A stretch of DNA of 63,869 nucleotides, filler included, from Craspedostauros australis (taxonomy: Eukaryota), in assembly GCA_030167865.1 (NCBI GenBank). It is 8 parts of 8 records of this genome, joined end to end, with 100 filler letters (N's around TTAATTAATTAA, not from the genome) between each part and the next. Parts side by side here need not be neighbours in the genome. Positions count along the whole stretch, not along the records: positions 1 to 31,717 come from JALAGF010004084.1; positions 31,818 to 44,781 come from JALAGF010004089.1; 6 more parts are not named here. One strand, written 5' to 3'. The notes under the pieces are model-generated. The model saw nothing but the letters and a program-made list of their open reading frames with translations. It was not told the DNA's origin and made no database searches. The position numbers and the translations under genes are program-made. Below, in pieces: positions 23,822 through 36,556 of the stretch (its first letter is position 1; each line of letters starts with the position of its first letter).

Positions 23822-25831
23822 GTTGGGATGCTTCTGCTCGTGCGGGTGCGTGTGTGAGTGCGAGTGCGAGGTGACTCTGCTTGTTCTTCGAAGGTTGGGT
23901 GTCAGCGTTGATGCTGGTGCTGATGCTGGCGCAAACGGCGACACCAGTGGCAATGCCGATACCGATGCTGACAGCAGCAGCGGAATCCGTTGCGAAGACG
24001 AGTGGATCCTCTGCCCTCCCTTGATCTGGTCTTGGAATGGGGGTTCTCGTAGCTGTCCAAGATGATCCGAATGATTCCGATGACTGTGGAAGACGACGGA
24101 GGCGACGAGAACGGAGGAATGGAGAGAAGGTCTTGAGTGTGGTACTTATGTACGACTATGGTAGCTTGTGAGTGCGAGGCCAAGAGGGTGTGCTCTGGTG
24201 GAAACGAGAACAGGACAGAGAATGACGATGATAGAAGAGTGGGGCGGAGTGGAGCAGTTCCTCCTCCCTCCCACGACAGAGAGATGGAAGACGGTGGGTG
24301 AGGATGTCGCTCCTGCTTTGTGATTCGCGGGATCGTTTGTCTGAGAGAGAGATGGAACAGATTTCGAGAAGGGATGTTGTGGTTTGGCAGATCCTCTTCG
24401 TCCGTGTGTCCCACTCGCTCCGTGTGTGGTGTGTTGCGATGTGTTGTGATGCGATGTGTTGTGATGCGATGTGCGGGTGTTGACGGTTTCCTTCTATTTT
24501 GACGAATCACAAGAAAAAGAGAGCCCCGATGCTTCTCCAACGCTCCGAACACAGCTGTCCTCTTCGCTTTCGTGATTCGCGTTGGTTGATTGGCTGGCCA
24601 AACGACACCGCTTCTCTTTTTCGTCGGAGTTGACAATGCCGCGTGTTCCGCGAACAGCGCAGCGTGTTCCGCGAACAGGACTTGTGTTTGGCAGAAATCG
24701 TCAAGTTTCGCACCGTTGACGGTTGCCTTCATTTTTGGTGGCTTCGGAGTGGCTCTCAGCGCCAAAGTGACGCGGTTGTGAGTTGATTGGCTTGCTCTGT
24801 CCGCAGATGTGATTGGCCCGTTGTCTTGAAGCTTTCACATCGCAGAACACATCGTTTCGTTCTTTGTGTCAGATTTGTGGACGAAGTGCTGACAACTGGG
24901 GAGATTCATTGGTGTCAGACGTGATTTCGTGCCTTCCACGACAGGGCAGCAAACCGCACAGGCAGCGACGTGGCGATGATGGTCATCACCACGTCCTCGC
25001 CATCACGAGAATATATATATATTCGTGTCCGAAGTTTCTTATAATGGATTCAGAGGCTGGGGATCTGCCTGCAAGAGCCTAAAATGTGACGGCCGCAAGA
25101 CACGATGACGAAGAAGGAAACTGTCACAAAGTGACACCACGAACGACAAGCGACGAAAGAGAAAGAGGAAGCACGAAAGGTTCCTCGCTTCTGTGCGACC
25201 CAAAAAGTCTCAATCCCGCACACAAACACACGCAAACTATCGCGTGGGCTGAGCGTTGGGGTTGTGCGAGCCGAAGCAAAACACGAAGGTGATGCCAAAC
25301 ACACGACAACCAACAACCAACAAACATCCTCAAACACACGCACACACACATACCAACACACTCTCACACCCTCATGTCATCATACCCTCAAAGCAATCGT
25401 GTCCAGGGTGAGGCACTCATTGCACAACATGGCTTCTGATCTCTTCGTCATCCTCCATCTCGCAACTGCCTCCTTCGCATCACAAGATTCATCGATTGGA
25501 TGATCGATTGATTGATTGACACATTACTTGATTGACACATCACTTGATGGGACCCATCAACAGCCAACGACACCCATCCTCCTGAGAGTTCCTTCGCTCA
25601 CTCGCACTCTCAACCAGAGCAACAACAACAACAACAACATCACCCAAGAAGGAAAAGAAAACGGGAAAGACGAACACGAACCGTGCTTGATCGATCCTCC
25701 TCACAATTTCCAACATTCGATCCCCCCCAACGACTTTCCCACAAAGAACAATCCACAAGTTCAAACACAAACATCATCACGAAAGCCTCAATACAACACA
25801 AATACCACACAACACACACTCACAGAACAAC

Positions 25832-26990
25832 ATGATGCTCAACAAAAGAAGTATCTCGACTATGTGTCAGGCCGTGCTGGCCGTGATCAGCATTGCCGTC
25901 ATTGGTCTCAACACCATGACGGTGGAGGCATTCCAGCCAAACCCAACATCCGTGCCTGCATCAACTTCGGGTGCATCAAGACCTGACACGCAGACATCCA
26001 CCACATCAACATCATCACAGCTGGATTACGCGACGGTGCCTGCCTCTCTGGAGGTCAGGCCGAAGCATGCAAAGACGGTCCGCAAGAAGCCATCGATCAC
26101 CAGCCTCCATTCGCTGGACGAGCTCAAGTACTTCCTGGAAGATGATGACCGATTGACCGTCGTCAAGTAAGTTCATTCTGTTCTTTTTCCATTCTTCATG
26201 CCGCTGTGCGCGATGTTGCTCATGCATCAGGTTGGTCGCATGAGGTGGCATGGTAGCCATCAAGTTGTTCGCATACTCGTGTGGTACATGCGATGCCAAA
26301 GTGTGCCATGTCCAGCTGCAACACAAGCATCGTCAACAACAAGCCTCCAATGCAACACAAGACAGCAACACAAGCACAAACATCGATGATTACGACGACG
26401 GACTTCAAAAGCCTTCGGAGAGGGGGACCAATGACAGAAATCCCACGGTTGGTGATCGTGGACTGGATGCGAAGAACTCGAACGCAACCGAATGCACGAG
26501 ACTATGCACTTACACACACCACTTCTCTTTACAACAACGACGACAACAACAACCACAACGACGATGCATGATACTCCACCGAACTTGCTCTGGCCGCAGG
26601 TTTTATGCTCCCTGGTGCAAGTCTTGCAAGAAGCTGGACATTCACTTCAACAACCTGGCATCCAAGATCGGCGACGGTGTCGTGGCACGACAGATGGTAA
26701 AGGGAGATGTCCGCTTCGCGCAGATAGCCTTCGGCGACGCGACGAGGGAGCTCATGGAGAACCTCAAGATCGCAGGACTCCCAACAATGCAGCTGTATCA
26801 CAGAGATCACAAGCTGTGGAACGTGGCCGGGCATACCAACACAAAGTCGCTGCAGTCCGAGCTCGGCCGGCTGGAAGCCCTGTCTCAGAATGACCTGGAG
26901 GAATACGGTGAAGAGATCGATGACGGCGTCCTCAACGAAGCGGTCGAGGATTCGATGTACGATTACTCCTTCCTCAACGAGGAGTGGTAG
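25832..26990 (+). CDS. Plastid-targeted atypical thioredoxin (WCKSC). Exons 25832-26166 and 26600-26990
   Basis: Signal peptide ending VEA|FQP (ASAFAP-type) followed by a Ser/Thr-rich transit peptide. Splicing gives LTVVKFYAPWCKSCKK, followed by IAGLPTMQLY (cis-Pro loop) and an acidic tail. Confidence 0.85.
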
Positions 26991-27880
26991 AACACGGACA
27001 CGAGCACGAATGCGAACAGGCTCAGGTGCCGTCGCGCTTGGTCGCAACCATCCATACTGGCACCATACGAATAGAGAAACATCCAGGATGACTGTGTGCG
27101 CAAACATGGATGTGCGTACTATGCGTACGATGCGCGCAATTGGATTCAACGAAACCAAGTATGTGGAATAGGGAACCTCCCGACCCCCATCGTCGCCAGA
27201 AAGGACGAACGATAGTCGGGATGAAGCGCTTCACCCAACACTTCCAAACCGCAAGCGCATCGACACGTACGTACACAAGAACACATGTGTCATCAGCACA
27301 ACACAGTACCGCCATGCAAGACAAGGCCTGTCTGGAGTTCCACACAGCAACATAGACTAAAATTTTCAGCAAGGAAGCAATCATAGATACAACAAGTAAC
27401 CAATCCAACAATCGCCATCCATCACTAAATGTCAGTGCTTATCATTGTTACCTGTGGAACTGAGTGCGGTGCGTCTGTATGATACGGGTACTCTGGGGCC
27501 ATCCGTATGGTGCATTCTCACTCGTTCATTGTCCCTTTCCAAGAAAAGTATGGCCATGTGCATGCATCAACTCTGCTTGATACCGTGTAGAGCACTCTAT
27601 CCTCCATCCATCCTCGTAGCTGTGCTGCCTTTCAGCAGCATGGATGCCACTGCCGCGTGATGGCCTAACATGCTGCCGCTCCAACCATCTGCGAGCACAG
27701 CATTGACTGGCGTCGGCTAGCGAAGATCGGATGCGAGCACGCAATGGGGAACAGCCGAATGTCATTCTGTGATGAAAGCGCAGTCCACCTCGTCGTAGAT
27801 GACAGCAGATGCTGACCCAACCAATTGGCGATTGGGGCAACACTTGCATCTTCCTCACGGCTCTCGTTTCCTTCTGCTTC

Positions 27881-27930
27881 TGTTGCCTCATGCTTTGTTG
27901 CCTCATGCTTTGTTGCCTCATGCTTTGTTG
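27881..27930. repeat. 15-bp tandem repeat (TGTTGCCTCATGCTT) x3
   Basis: Seen directly. Confidence 0.8.
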
Positions 27931-29322
27931 CGTCGGATTTGATAAGATGCACGCCCTTCACATGGCCATCTGACCATCGAAGGTAGGCACCGAGGAAGAC
28001 ACCCAGGACATAGCCAGAATTGATCACCAGCAAGAGCATCATCATGCAACCGCCGATCGTCGACCCAACTCTGACCTTTGTTGGTTGCACTCTGGAGGAA
28101 ATCGCACAGAGCGATCTTCCTCAATTGCGTGTGTGTGTGTGTGCGTGATTCGGTATGATGGTCCTCGCATCAGCAATAGGATCAGCAGTGCAGTCACAAC
28201 AGCGTGAAGCATACAGCAATACAATAGCTTAATTCAATTGTCACAAAAGTAAACCAGGTTTTTGTGAGCACAGTGTCTTCAATGCCGTGTTTCTGATCCA
28301 AATTGACGCCCTGTGTCAACACGCTACTTGTATAGTAGAATACGTATTATATGTACCATGCGAGCTACAAGGACGTATTATGTGAACAGTTGCCATCCAC
28401 CCTCTCTATACCTAGTTTCTAGAGAGTAGACTGCTCACTTTTTGTTTGGTGTGGGAAAGGTCGGACTTTGTGGACACACGATTCAGAACCCGCAAAGAGG
28501 CCAGCCTCCACTTGCGATGGTTGTGTCGATCAAACGGAAACGAAAGAACATACGGGACAAACCACGAAGGAACAACTCGTACCTTGCAGGTAGGTTGTAC
28601 ACAAATCACAACACTCAACTCGTGCTCTCTGCTCACACCACACTCTTCTCTTTCCTTTTCTAACTATTCTATTCTATTCTATTATATTACCATAGTCTTC
28701 CTCGTCGCACAAGTGGCGAACGAACGCATCGATAGAGCCAAGCACGCTCGGAGCGGCAAGAGAGGAAAGGGCAACTGAAGGAGAGTGACACCGAAAGGGG
28801 ATCCTCCGCTGGCAGGCTTTGGCGCAATACGACCTACTCGGAGAATACTCTTTCTTGCGTGCGACCATCGCTCGACTATCTTTCGACCAACGTTCGATCA
28901 CGGTGTCAGTCATCTATCCGCCTGTCTGTTCCAAGCACTGCGCCGGGAGCACTCCTTTCACCACTCTACACTGCTCTACTATACACTACAATCCATCGCA
29001 CCATATCGCATAGTACTCTGCTCTCTTCGCCATCCAAACATAGTATACGTACCATACGTATCAACAGTAGTCTTGATCCGGTGTGTACTAGTAATCGATT
29101 CGTCCTGCCACACTTGAACACGAGTACTCATTTCATCGCGACAACGGTTGGGACAAGCGGTTGGCGCCAAGATCCAAGCACCATCTGCACTCGACGGTTG
29201 GCGCTGCATTCGCGAGGGAACCAGCAACGTGCATCATCCATTGTGCACACCCGCGCACAAATACACACAAGCAAACGCTACGCAAAAAACAACGATATGA
29301 ATTGCCCATCCTGCGAAACACC

Positions 29323-30549
29323 ATGACAACGCCTGCAATCCTGTACGACAATGTTCCAGCGCGGATCATCGAACCCGACAAAAGCGATGATGCCAAACCC
29401 ACAGCTCCCGTCGCCGTTCTGTACGAGCAAACGACGGAGTACGAAACGATTATGGAAGATCCCAACGAGGGCGACTTCGTGATTGTGGATGCGGATGACG
29501 TGAGCGAGATCGATGATAGTGATGGAGGCGGCAATACGATTCCAACAAACAGGCCACTGAGTATGCACAATGCCATGAACAGAGGACAGTCCACGACGTC
29601 CATGATGCTGCGGTTCCTTCACGAGCAAACGTTGACGATAACGCAAGCGGCGCAGTCCAAGGCGAATCTGGCGTGGGAGGTTGGGACCAGCGCCATCCGG
29701 GATACGACGCATCGCCTGCATGAGGATATCCTGGAGCCGACGTCCTTCAACGTCTCCCAGACATACTCGTGGTTCTCGGACACGATATCGTCACAGCTGT
29801 CGAACGGATCATCGCAGCAACAAACGGGCCGCTTCGTGTTCTCGGAACGTATTGTTGATATTGGCGAACCTTTGGTGTGCAATGTCGTGCTTGAGGAGCC
29901 CGATGAAAACGATGATCTCGGAAATGGCGGTGGTTCCGCGATGTCTTCGCAGCCAGCAGGGTTCGCGGCATCGGCAGCAACGCCGTCATCGCCAGGCCAG
30001 CTGATCACCCCCGCCGGTCCACCAACCATGTACGAGATCGAAACGGATGCCGACGTCTTCGACTACCACATCGTCAACGCGGACGATCTTGACCGTGACA
30101 CTGCCATGTACGATGCCGCGCCCAACGCAACCGCGAGCAGACAGTTCTTCGACCTCACCAATCACCAACCAGAGGTGTTAGCGCGCATCCTGTTCCATGC
30201 TGCCCTCACGGGTGGCTTCCTCGTGGCGGATTCTGCCGCGGAGCACTCCGCGCGTGTCTACACAACGAGCAAGACCTGCGTCGAACTTGCGCAGCGCAAA
30301 TGGAGCATCCTCAAGGAGGTCTCGCCCGTCGCCGCTCGCACATCTGCCGCCGTAGAACGCGGCTTTGGATGGGTCTCACAACCGGCGCGATTCCTGTTCT
30401 CCGCACCAAACTCCGGGTTGCATGACGGCGGCGGCGACAACGACGGGATGACCTATGAGGAAACGTATGCGAATGCAATCGAGATGAGCGAGAGAAATCA
30501 GACTGACATCAAGAACAGGGTGTCGCACAAGGTCAAGCTCACACAATGA
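29323..30549 (+). CDS. Hypothetical acidic, largely disordered protein (~408 aa)
   Basis: Long ORF with coding-like GC3 bias and ACCATG start. No domain recognised. Confidence 0.7.
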   Translation: MTTPAILYDNVPARIIEPDKSDDAKPTAPVAVLYEQTTEYETIMEDPNEGDFVIVDADDVSEIDDSDGGGNTIPTNRPLSMHNAMNRGQSTTSMMLRFLHEQTLTITQAAQSKANLAWEVGTSAIRDTTHRLHEDILEPTSFNVSQTYSWFSDTISSQLSNGSSQQQTGRFVFSERIVDIGEPLVCNVVLEEPDENDDLGNGGGSAMSSQPAGFAASAATPSSPGQLITPAGPPTMYEIETDADVFDYHIVNADDLDRDTAMYDAAPNATASRQFFDLTNHQPEVLARILFHAALTGGFLVADSAAEHSARVYTTSKTCVELAQRKWSILKEVSPVAARTSAAVERGFGWVSQPARFLFSAPNSGLHDGGGDNDGMTYEETYANAIEMSERNQTDIKNRVSHKVKLTQ

Positions 30550-31717
30550 AGCAATGACGTGTGGGAAGTCTGCGTTGCAGAATGCTGGGTTGGGTTGAGC
30601 CGAGCTGCTCTGTGTTGGTTGGGCGCTTCCTCCACACTCTCTCTTTCGATTCACCAACGTTGGTTGGATGAAGATGCCATCGACAAGTAGAATGCGTCAC
30701 GAATCACATCTTGAATACAAGTGGGAGCACGCAGCACTATTCCAACACTGTTACTTCCATTCTACTCATACTCGTACTCGTATTATAATATTACGCGTCC
30801 CCTGCTTGCACCAACTTGCGTTTGCGAAGACGTATTCATCGTATGATAGCATTTTATTTACGTTGACATTGCTTGATTGGAGTGCAAGGGAGAGTACCAT
30901 ACGATCTACTCTATAATACTCTACTACGAGGATCCCAACGAATGAACACAGCAGCACGTAACCGTGTCCGCCATTTTGGTGACACGCAACGATGCGAACG
31001 CGAACCACTCTTTGATGTGATTTCTGGCGCGAAACCACTAGTCGTATCAAACTGTTTTCAACTGCCACTGATCGCGCCCTTGTACTAGCTGCAGAGAATG
31101 TAAAATGGGGTCACGATAGCACTAGTTGTAGAGTTTTGGCCCCTTGTTGCCACTGGTTTGCTTGCTTTTGGGAGCAACGGCGATTGTACATTTAGAGCTA
31201 TTTCGTGTTGTCCCTCCATGATCCGTCTTCTACATCACAGGAAGGATTCGACGTCATGCGAAACCACTCACAACACAAGATGTGAGTTCGTCTCGCAGCA
31301 CGTCGCCCTTGCTTCGCGAGACAACGTGATGGCTGCGCAGCACACACCAATCGTGCCGCAACACACGCGGACCGTGCCACAACACAACGTGACGACTTCG
31401 CGACACAACACACCGATCGTGTGGCGACGCGCACCAACCACGACACAAAAATCACGGTCCCCGTCACAAAAAACAAACAAACACAACACATCACATCACA
31501 ATCCTCCATGCCATCAAGAAAACGATGCGCACACCACCATTCGAACCACAGGTGTACCTCACACATATAATACTACTACTACTATGATTTGCAGCTACAC
31601 CTCTGCTGTGTTGGCATCCTGCTCTGCTTTGCTGTGATGCTCGGTCTTGCCAACGAACATGGCAACTTTGAATGTATTCATGGTGGGTGCTGCTTCGGTC
31701 TTGCTCTTGTTGTTGTG

Positions 31718-31817
31718 NNNNNNNNNNNNNNNNNNNNNNNNNNNNNNNNNNNNNNNNNNNNTTAATTAATTAANNNNNNNNNNNNNNNNNNNNNNNNNNN
31801 NNNNNNNNNNNNNNNNN
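31718..31817. other. Artificial contig-joining spacer N44-TTAATTAATTAA-N44. Also at 44782-44881, 48059-48158, 50930-51029, 53356-53455, 56120-56219 and 61831-61930
   Basis: Seven identical 100-bp spacers carrying stops in all six frames. Confidence 0.99.
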
Positions 31818-33325
31818 TCGTCATCATTGGCGTTGGTATCGGCATTTTCATCCCCGCCTAGCTGTCTTGGAGAGAAGACAAAGCCCAACGACTCCAGTCT
31901 TCCCACGCGCTCCTCCGTCATGTTCGATCTGCGTCCCTGCTGGTACAGCCGAAACTGACGACGCTGGCATTTCACCCAGATGGACAGTGCCTGATTGGCT
32001 GGGTGGCTGCACGGCACGTTCGAATGCCCATGCAGTCTCTGGAACTCCTGGAGCTCGTGCCATCTGCCGTCCCAGCTGGCGCGGTGCGAATCCCACACGA
32101 ACCCGATCCTCTCCAACAAGAGGACGCGCTCGTTGGTCATTGATGACCCCTTCCCCGCCACGAGCTTCTTGTACTGTGCTCGTTGCCTCTTGACCCAATG
32201 GGCCAGGGTGGGGTTGATCTTGTACTCCAGCGGAACGACGGCATGCCCGTGTACCTGCGCGAACTGCTGCAGCTCCTTGTACTTGTTGTCCCACTTGCGG
32301 AGCTGCACCATGCCGAATCTGGACTGGGAGGGTGACTGCAGCTCCATCTCCGTCCGTCTGCTGGGTTTGATCGTGCCGTTTGGTTGCCCTAGTGCCTGTG
32401 TCTGTGGTTGTGCTGTGGATGCGGCTGGTTTCCTATCTTCTTCCTCCTCCTGACTATCATCTGACGCTCGCATCAGTGACGGTATCTCCGTAGGGACGCT
32501 GGCCGATGCAGCAGGGTCGAATAGTTTTGGTGCGGCCGCCGATAACGATGGAGGCAGCTTCGTTTCCACGGCGTTGCCGGTATCGGCGTGATGGCATTGG
32601 TGACGTTGAGGTGGTTGCGTTGGATACGAAGGAGCATCGTGAGATGGAGCAGGACCAACGAAGTCCACGAAGCCTCGCAGATCCAGCCTGGCGTGCGGAT
32701 TGGAATGCCAAAAGTTCTGCTGAAAGCGAGGCAGGGTCACGTTGTTGACGATGTTGAGCTTGTGAGCTGGGGCAAGCGGCGTCGGCTCCATATCCATATT
32801 TGACAGCTCTCTCATCAAACGATCCGCCTCCACGGAATGTTGTGACGGCTGTGGAGGTGGCAACATGGCTGATGGGCTGGCGTTGTCACTGCCGTTCTGT
32901 TGCTGTTGTTGCTGGTTATGGGTGTGGCTTTGCGTGGTATCATTGTCGCTTCGAAGAGAATCATTAATCACCCCCCAACCATTCATCCCGCTCGTTCCCA
33001 CCAGTGTCGGAGAGACGAAGTCGAATGTGGAGAGTGGCGACATGGTTGTGGAACGGCCCGCATTGGTATTGACATTGTCGAGAGCGTGAGTGGTCGCTTG
33101 CGGCCCGAAGCTCACCAGCTCGAAGTCCTCGCTGAGAATGTTATCTTCGAGTCTGAGCCCAGGCAATGCGGGGATACCCATCTGCGGTAGTGGTGGTGGT
33201 GGGGCTGGCTGCTGTTGTCTTTGTTGTTGCTGCTCTTGTTGATGACTACGTCTCTGCTGCTGTTCCTGATGCTGGTGCTGTTGATCTAGCTCCTCTCTTC
33301 TTTCATCGGCGTTGTTCCGAGGCAT
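31818..33325 (-). CDS. Helicase-associated (HA) domain protein with two HA repeats after a Q-rich disordered N-terminus; 3'-truncated by contig end
   Basis: KWDNKYKELQQFAQVHGHAVVP...LAHWVKRQRAQY...LERIGFVWD, then SWDGRWHELQEF...GHSNVP...WVKCQRRQF...LESLGFVF. Confidence 0.85.
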
Positions 33326-33485
33326 GAAGGTGGCTTCGCAGTGGAGTACTCTAATGATGGATGGATGGTGTCCAGTTGTTTGTTTTGTGAGGGGAGAAGA
33401 ACCACTTTGGATGAGTACCACAACAGAAAGAGTATCACACCACACCACAACACACAACAACTGTCATGCCAGACACAGCCACAAT

Positions 33486-33618
33486 CACATCACATCACAT
33501 CTCACACCACATCACACCACACCACACCACACCACACCACACCACACCACACCACATCACAACACACCACACCACACCACACCACATCACACCACACCAC
33601 ATCACATCACATCACATC
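33486..33618. repeat. (CACAC/CACAT)n pentanucleotide microsatellite upstream of the HA gene
   Basis: More than 20 degenerate tandem units, seen directly. Confidence 0.9.
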
Positions 33619-34665
33619 AAATCACAAAACTCAAGCGCACCACCGCGCGGCCAACATCAAAGAACCTACAAATCGAAAGGTAGAATACAACAACAAGCCC
33701 ACCAAGTACAGAAGCTCCGGAATGCGATTGTTCTGCGGCCGGACAAAGGGATACTCGACCGTGCACATATGAAACGGAGTAATACACATTCGTCCTACAA
33801 TAGGCTGTTTTCACGAAGGTCGCCACCACCACAAGAGAATTGACTCATTTAACGCAATACTCAACAGCAGCGATGAAGAACAACGCAAGCCCGGAGGCTT
33901 AACAAAGGCGAATCTGGCACCTTCGTACAGAACACGTCGCCAGACAACAGAGTAGAAATCAGACACATGTGAGGGAGAAATGCCGACTCCAGTGAAAGCC
34001 GAACTGCCCCTTTGGTCTTTGCAAATATTGGAAGTGCAACTCGCTGTCATTGTGGGCGAGAATTATTGCGTCTTTGCTCCATCTTATGAGAAAATATGGA
34101 TTCACAAAGGCCTATGTTGAGGTGGAAGAAGGGCAACAATCGAGGAGTCGCACACGACGAACGAAGCAAGTTGAACATTCCCCAGAGAGGAAGAGCGTTT
34201 CAATCAACTGCTATCAACATCAGCGACATCAGCGGCATCACCGTCGTCACTGTCATCACCATTGGCATCGGCCACCCTCGGCGAGTGAGCGTACCATACA
34301 CGTGCAAGTCCAGTGCTGCCATCGGAACCAACGTTGCTTCGGTCTTCGGTTCGCCGAGGATTCCGCACAGGCACAAGAGCGAAGCAGATGGAGCAGGTGT
34401 CATACCGTCCCACGCTAATACCATACCGACTGCACCAGAAACAGGCAAGCCAAGTCTGCTGCCTCTGCTTCACTATCTCTCTTGCTGCTCCCATCCGTGC
34501 CGACCAATATTCAAATTCGTCTTGAACTGTTGCCATTTTACCGTATATAATACCACAATACTCACATGGTACCATACCAATACGTTGGAAGGGTACAGAG
34601 TCGGGTCCACGAACATTAGGATCTTCGCAATCCCAGCAGAAGCCGCAGAACTCATCATACTCAGC

Positions 34666-36321
34666 ATGAAGAGATCATTTCCAGGCAGCTGGAATCAGGA
34701 CGCAGCAACCGTAACCTCATCGTCGACATCGATATCGGCATCCGTGTCCTCTTCATCAAGCTCGGGGGACCTAACCTTGGGCTGCGGCAACAGCGGATCA
34801 ATCGCCGGATGCTTTGCTCCGTGCATGGTGGGCAGCGAGTGTGCAACTGGACGTCTTTCGAACTCGCAACAACTCCACCGTTCTCACGACAGGTATCCGC
34901 GGCAAAGTAACTGCCGGCATCAACCCAGATGGTTCCGTGGCGTCGATCAGGATGAAAAGATCGTATCTTCCGCAGAGCAGAGGCTGGTGGAAGACTTCAA
35001 GAGTTTGTCAGTCAAGGAACGAACGGAGATCTATGAGGAGATCCATGGCGTCGGGAGCGTCATCGAAGAGACAGCAGACTTTGTCAACTCGAAGCTCGAT
35101 CAACTCGATACATGCATCGAGAACATTTCCGCGAAGGAGCCATACAAGCAAGCGCACTTCCTTTCGCAAACTTATGTGGAGGATCGCAAGTTCCGTTTGC
35201 AATTCCTGCGAGCCGAATCTTTCCAACCGCAGAAGGCGGCCGAAAGGCTGGTCTTGCATTTCAAGAAGAAGCTGGCATTGTTCGGATTGGGTTGCCTCGG
35301 ACGCAAGCTGTGCTGGAACGACCTCAAACCGGATGTGCAGGAGGCTTTGATAGCCGGCTGCTTTCAGATGTTCCCAGACTGCACCGACAGCGTGGGGCGA
35401 TGCCTTGTGGTAAATTTGTACAAATACCGACTGCAGACGGTGCGCACGGATGATTGCCTAGCGTCGGCCATCTGGTACATCTCCATGCAATGCATCGAGC
35501 GCCTGAGTGACGAATCTCACAGACGCGGTGCTGTGCCTGTCACATACCCGATCGACATCTCCGTCGCGGATGCCAACCGCGAGCTGATACGCGAAGCACG
35601 CACCTTGCTCTTCGACGTCATCCCGATGCGGGTCACCGCCGCTCATTTTTGCTTCGACAACATCATGATGAAGCGTCTGTTCTCCCTGCTGGTCCTCGCA
35701 GCACCGAAGGAAGTGTCGTCGAGGTGCCGACTCCATCTTGGCTCTCATGTGGAATGCCAGTACATCCTCAACTCGTTTGGGATCTCGAGCAAGTCGTTTC
35801 CGTTGGATTCGGAGGGGACGTTAAAGGCGGGCCTCTTCCAGCAACGCATGGGGGAACTCTGGGCGCTGGAAGGACGGAGGATGATCGAAGAGGATGAACT
35901 GCGGGAAATAGTATCAGCTGAACTGGCGAAAGCTGACAGCCCGGACAGCGCTCCGGGCCTCCCCGTTCCCAGAAGCAACGACATTCTGCTGGGGAGGAGT
36001 GCTGTCCAGCAATTCTTCCCAGGCAACCTGAATTTCATTCGGACGCTGGAGGAGAATCTGTCCCAATACCAATCGATCGTTGTGTCGGACCGTTCTGCGA
36101 AGACGGCATTCTCGGAGCGGTTGCTATGCCAGTTCAAGGCAGAAGGTTCGCGGTTCATTCAGCGGCACAAGGATGGGCTGTGGCGGGAGGTGTCCAGCAA
36201 GAAGGCACGGGGCAAGATCGCTATGGGGTTTCGCAATTTGGCGCGCAAATCGACCCAAACATCGGCAGACTTGAAAGATGAAAACGGCAGCACCACAAGC
36301 CGAGGGGCGAAGAAACAGTGA
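34666..36321 (+). CDS. CRAL-TRIO-like + DUF6824 protein (paralog of 12237-15664)
   Basis: LSVKERTEIYEEIHGV, FLRAESFQPQKAAERL, IPMRVTAAHFC, and DUF6824 DILLGRS...FPGN...GSRFIQR...RGKIAMGFRN. ATG at 34666 preferred over the upstream in-frame ATG at 34096. Confidence 0.85.
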   Translation: MKRSFPGSWNQDAATVTSSSTSISASVSSSSSSGDLTLGCGNSGSIAGCFAPCMVGSECATGRLSNSQQLHRSHDRYPRQSNCRHQPRWFRGVDQDEKIVSSAEQRLVEDFKSLSVKERTEIYEEIHGVGSVIEETADFVNSKLDQLDTCIENISAKEPYKQAHFLSQTYVEDRKFRLQFLRAESFQPQKAAERLVLHFKKKLALFGLGCLGRKLCWNDLKPDVQEALIAGCFQMFPDCTDSVGRCLVVNLYKYRLQTVRTDDCLASAIWYISMQCIERLSDESHRRGAVPVTYPIDISVADANRELIREARTLLFDVIPMRVTAAHFCFDNIMMKRLFSLLVLAAPKEVSSRCRLHLGSHVECQYILNSFGISSKSFPLDSEGTLKAGLFQQRMGELWALEGRRMIEEDELREIVSAELAKADSPDSAPGLPVPRSNDILLGRSAVQQFFPGNLNFIRTLEENLSQYQSIVVSDRSAKTAFSERLLCQFKAEGSRFIQRHKDGLWREVSSKKARGKIAMGFRNLARKSTQTSADLKDENGSTTSRGAKKQ

Positions 36322-36556
36322 TTCGATCGAGTTTCCATACTCCAGAGTAGGTTCATCGCTGTCCAACTAGAATGCACATACGCAAATGATGCTCCGCGAT
36401 GTCGTAGGTACTTTTGGTCGGCGTGAACGCTGGGTTAAGTTTTGGATTAGAATGGCTTGACGGACTGGGTGACTAGCTGTTCATTCTAAAGCTTCGTTAT
36501 TTGAATGGCGTAATAGCATTTGATGCACATTGCGGAATGCGACATGTGAGCTTGTG

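Noticed and set aside
31718..31817. Recurrent TTAATTAATTAA motif within N runs as a biological repeat
   Set aside because: It is an artificial six-frame-stop linker between contigs. Gene neighbourhoods across it are not meaningful.
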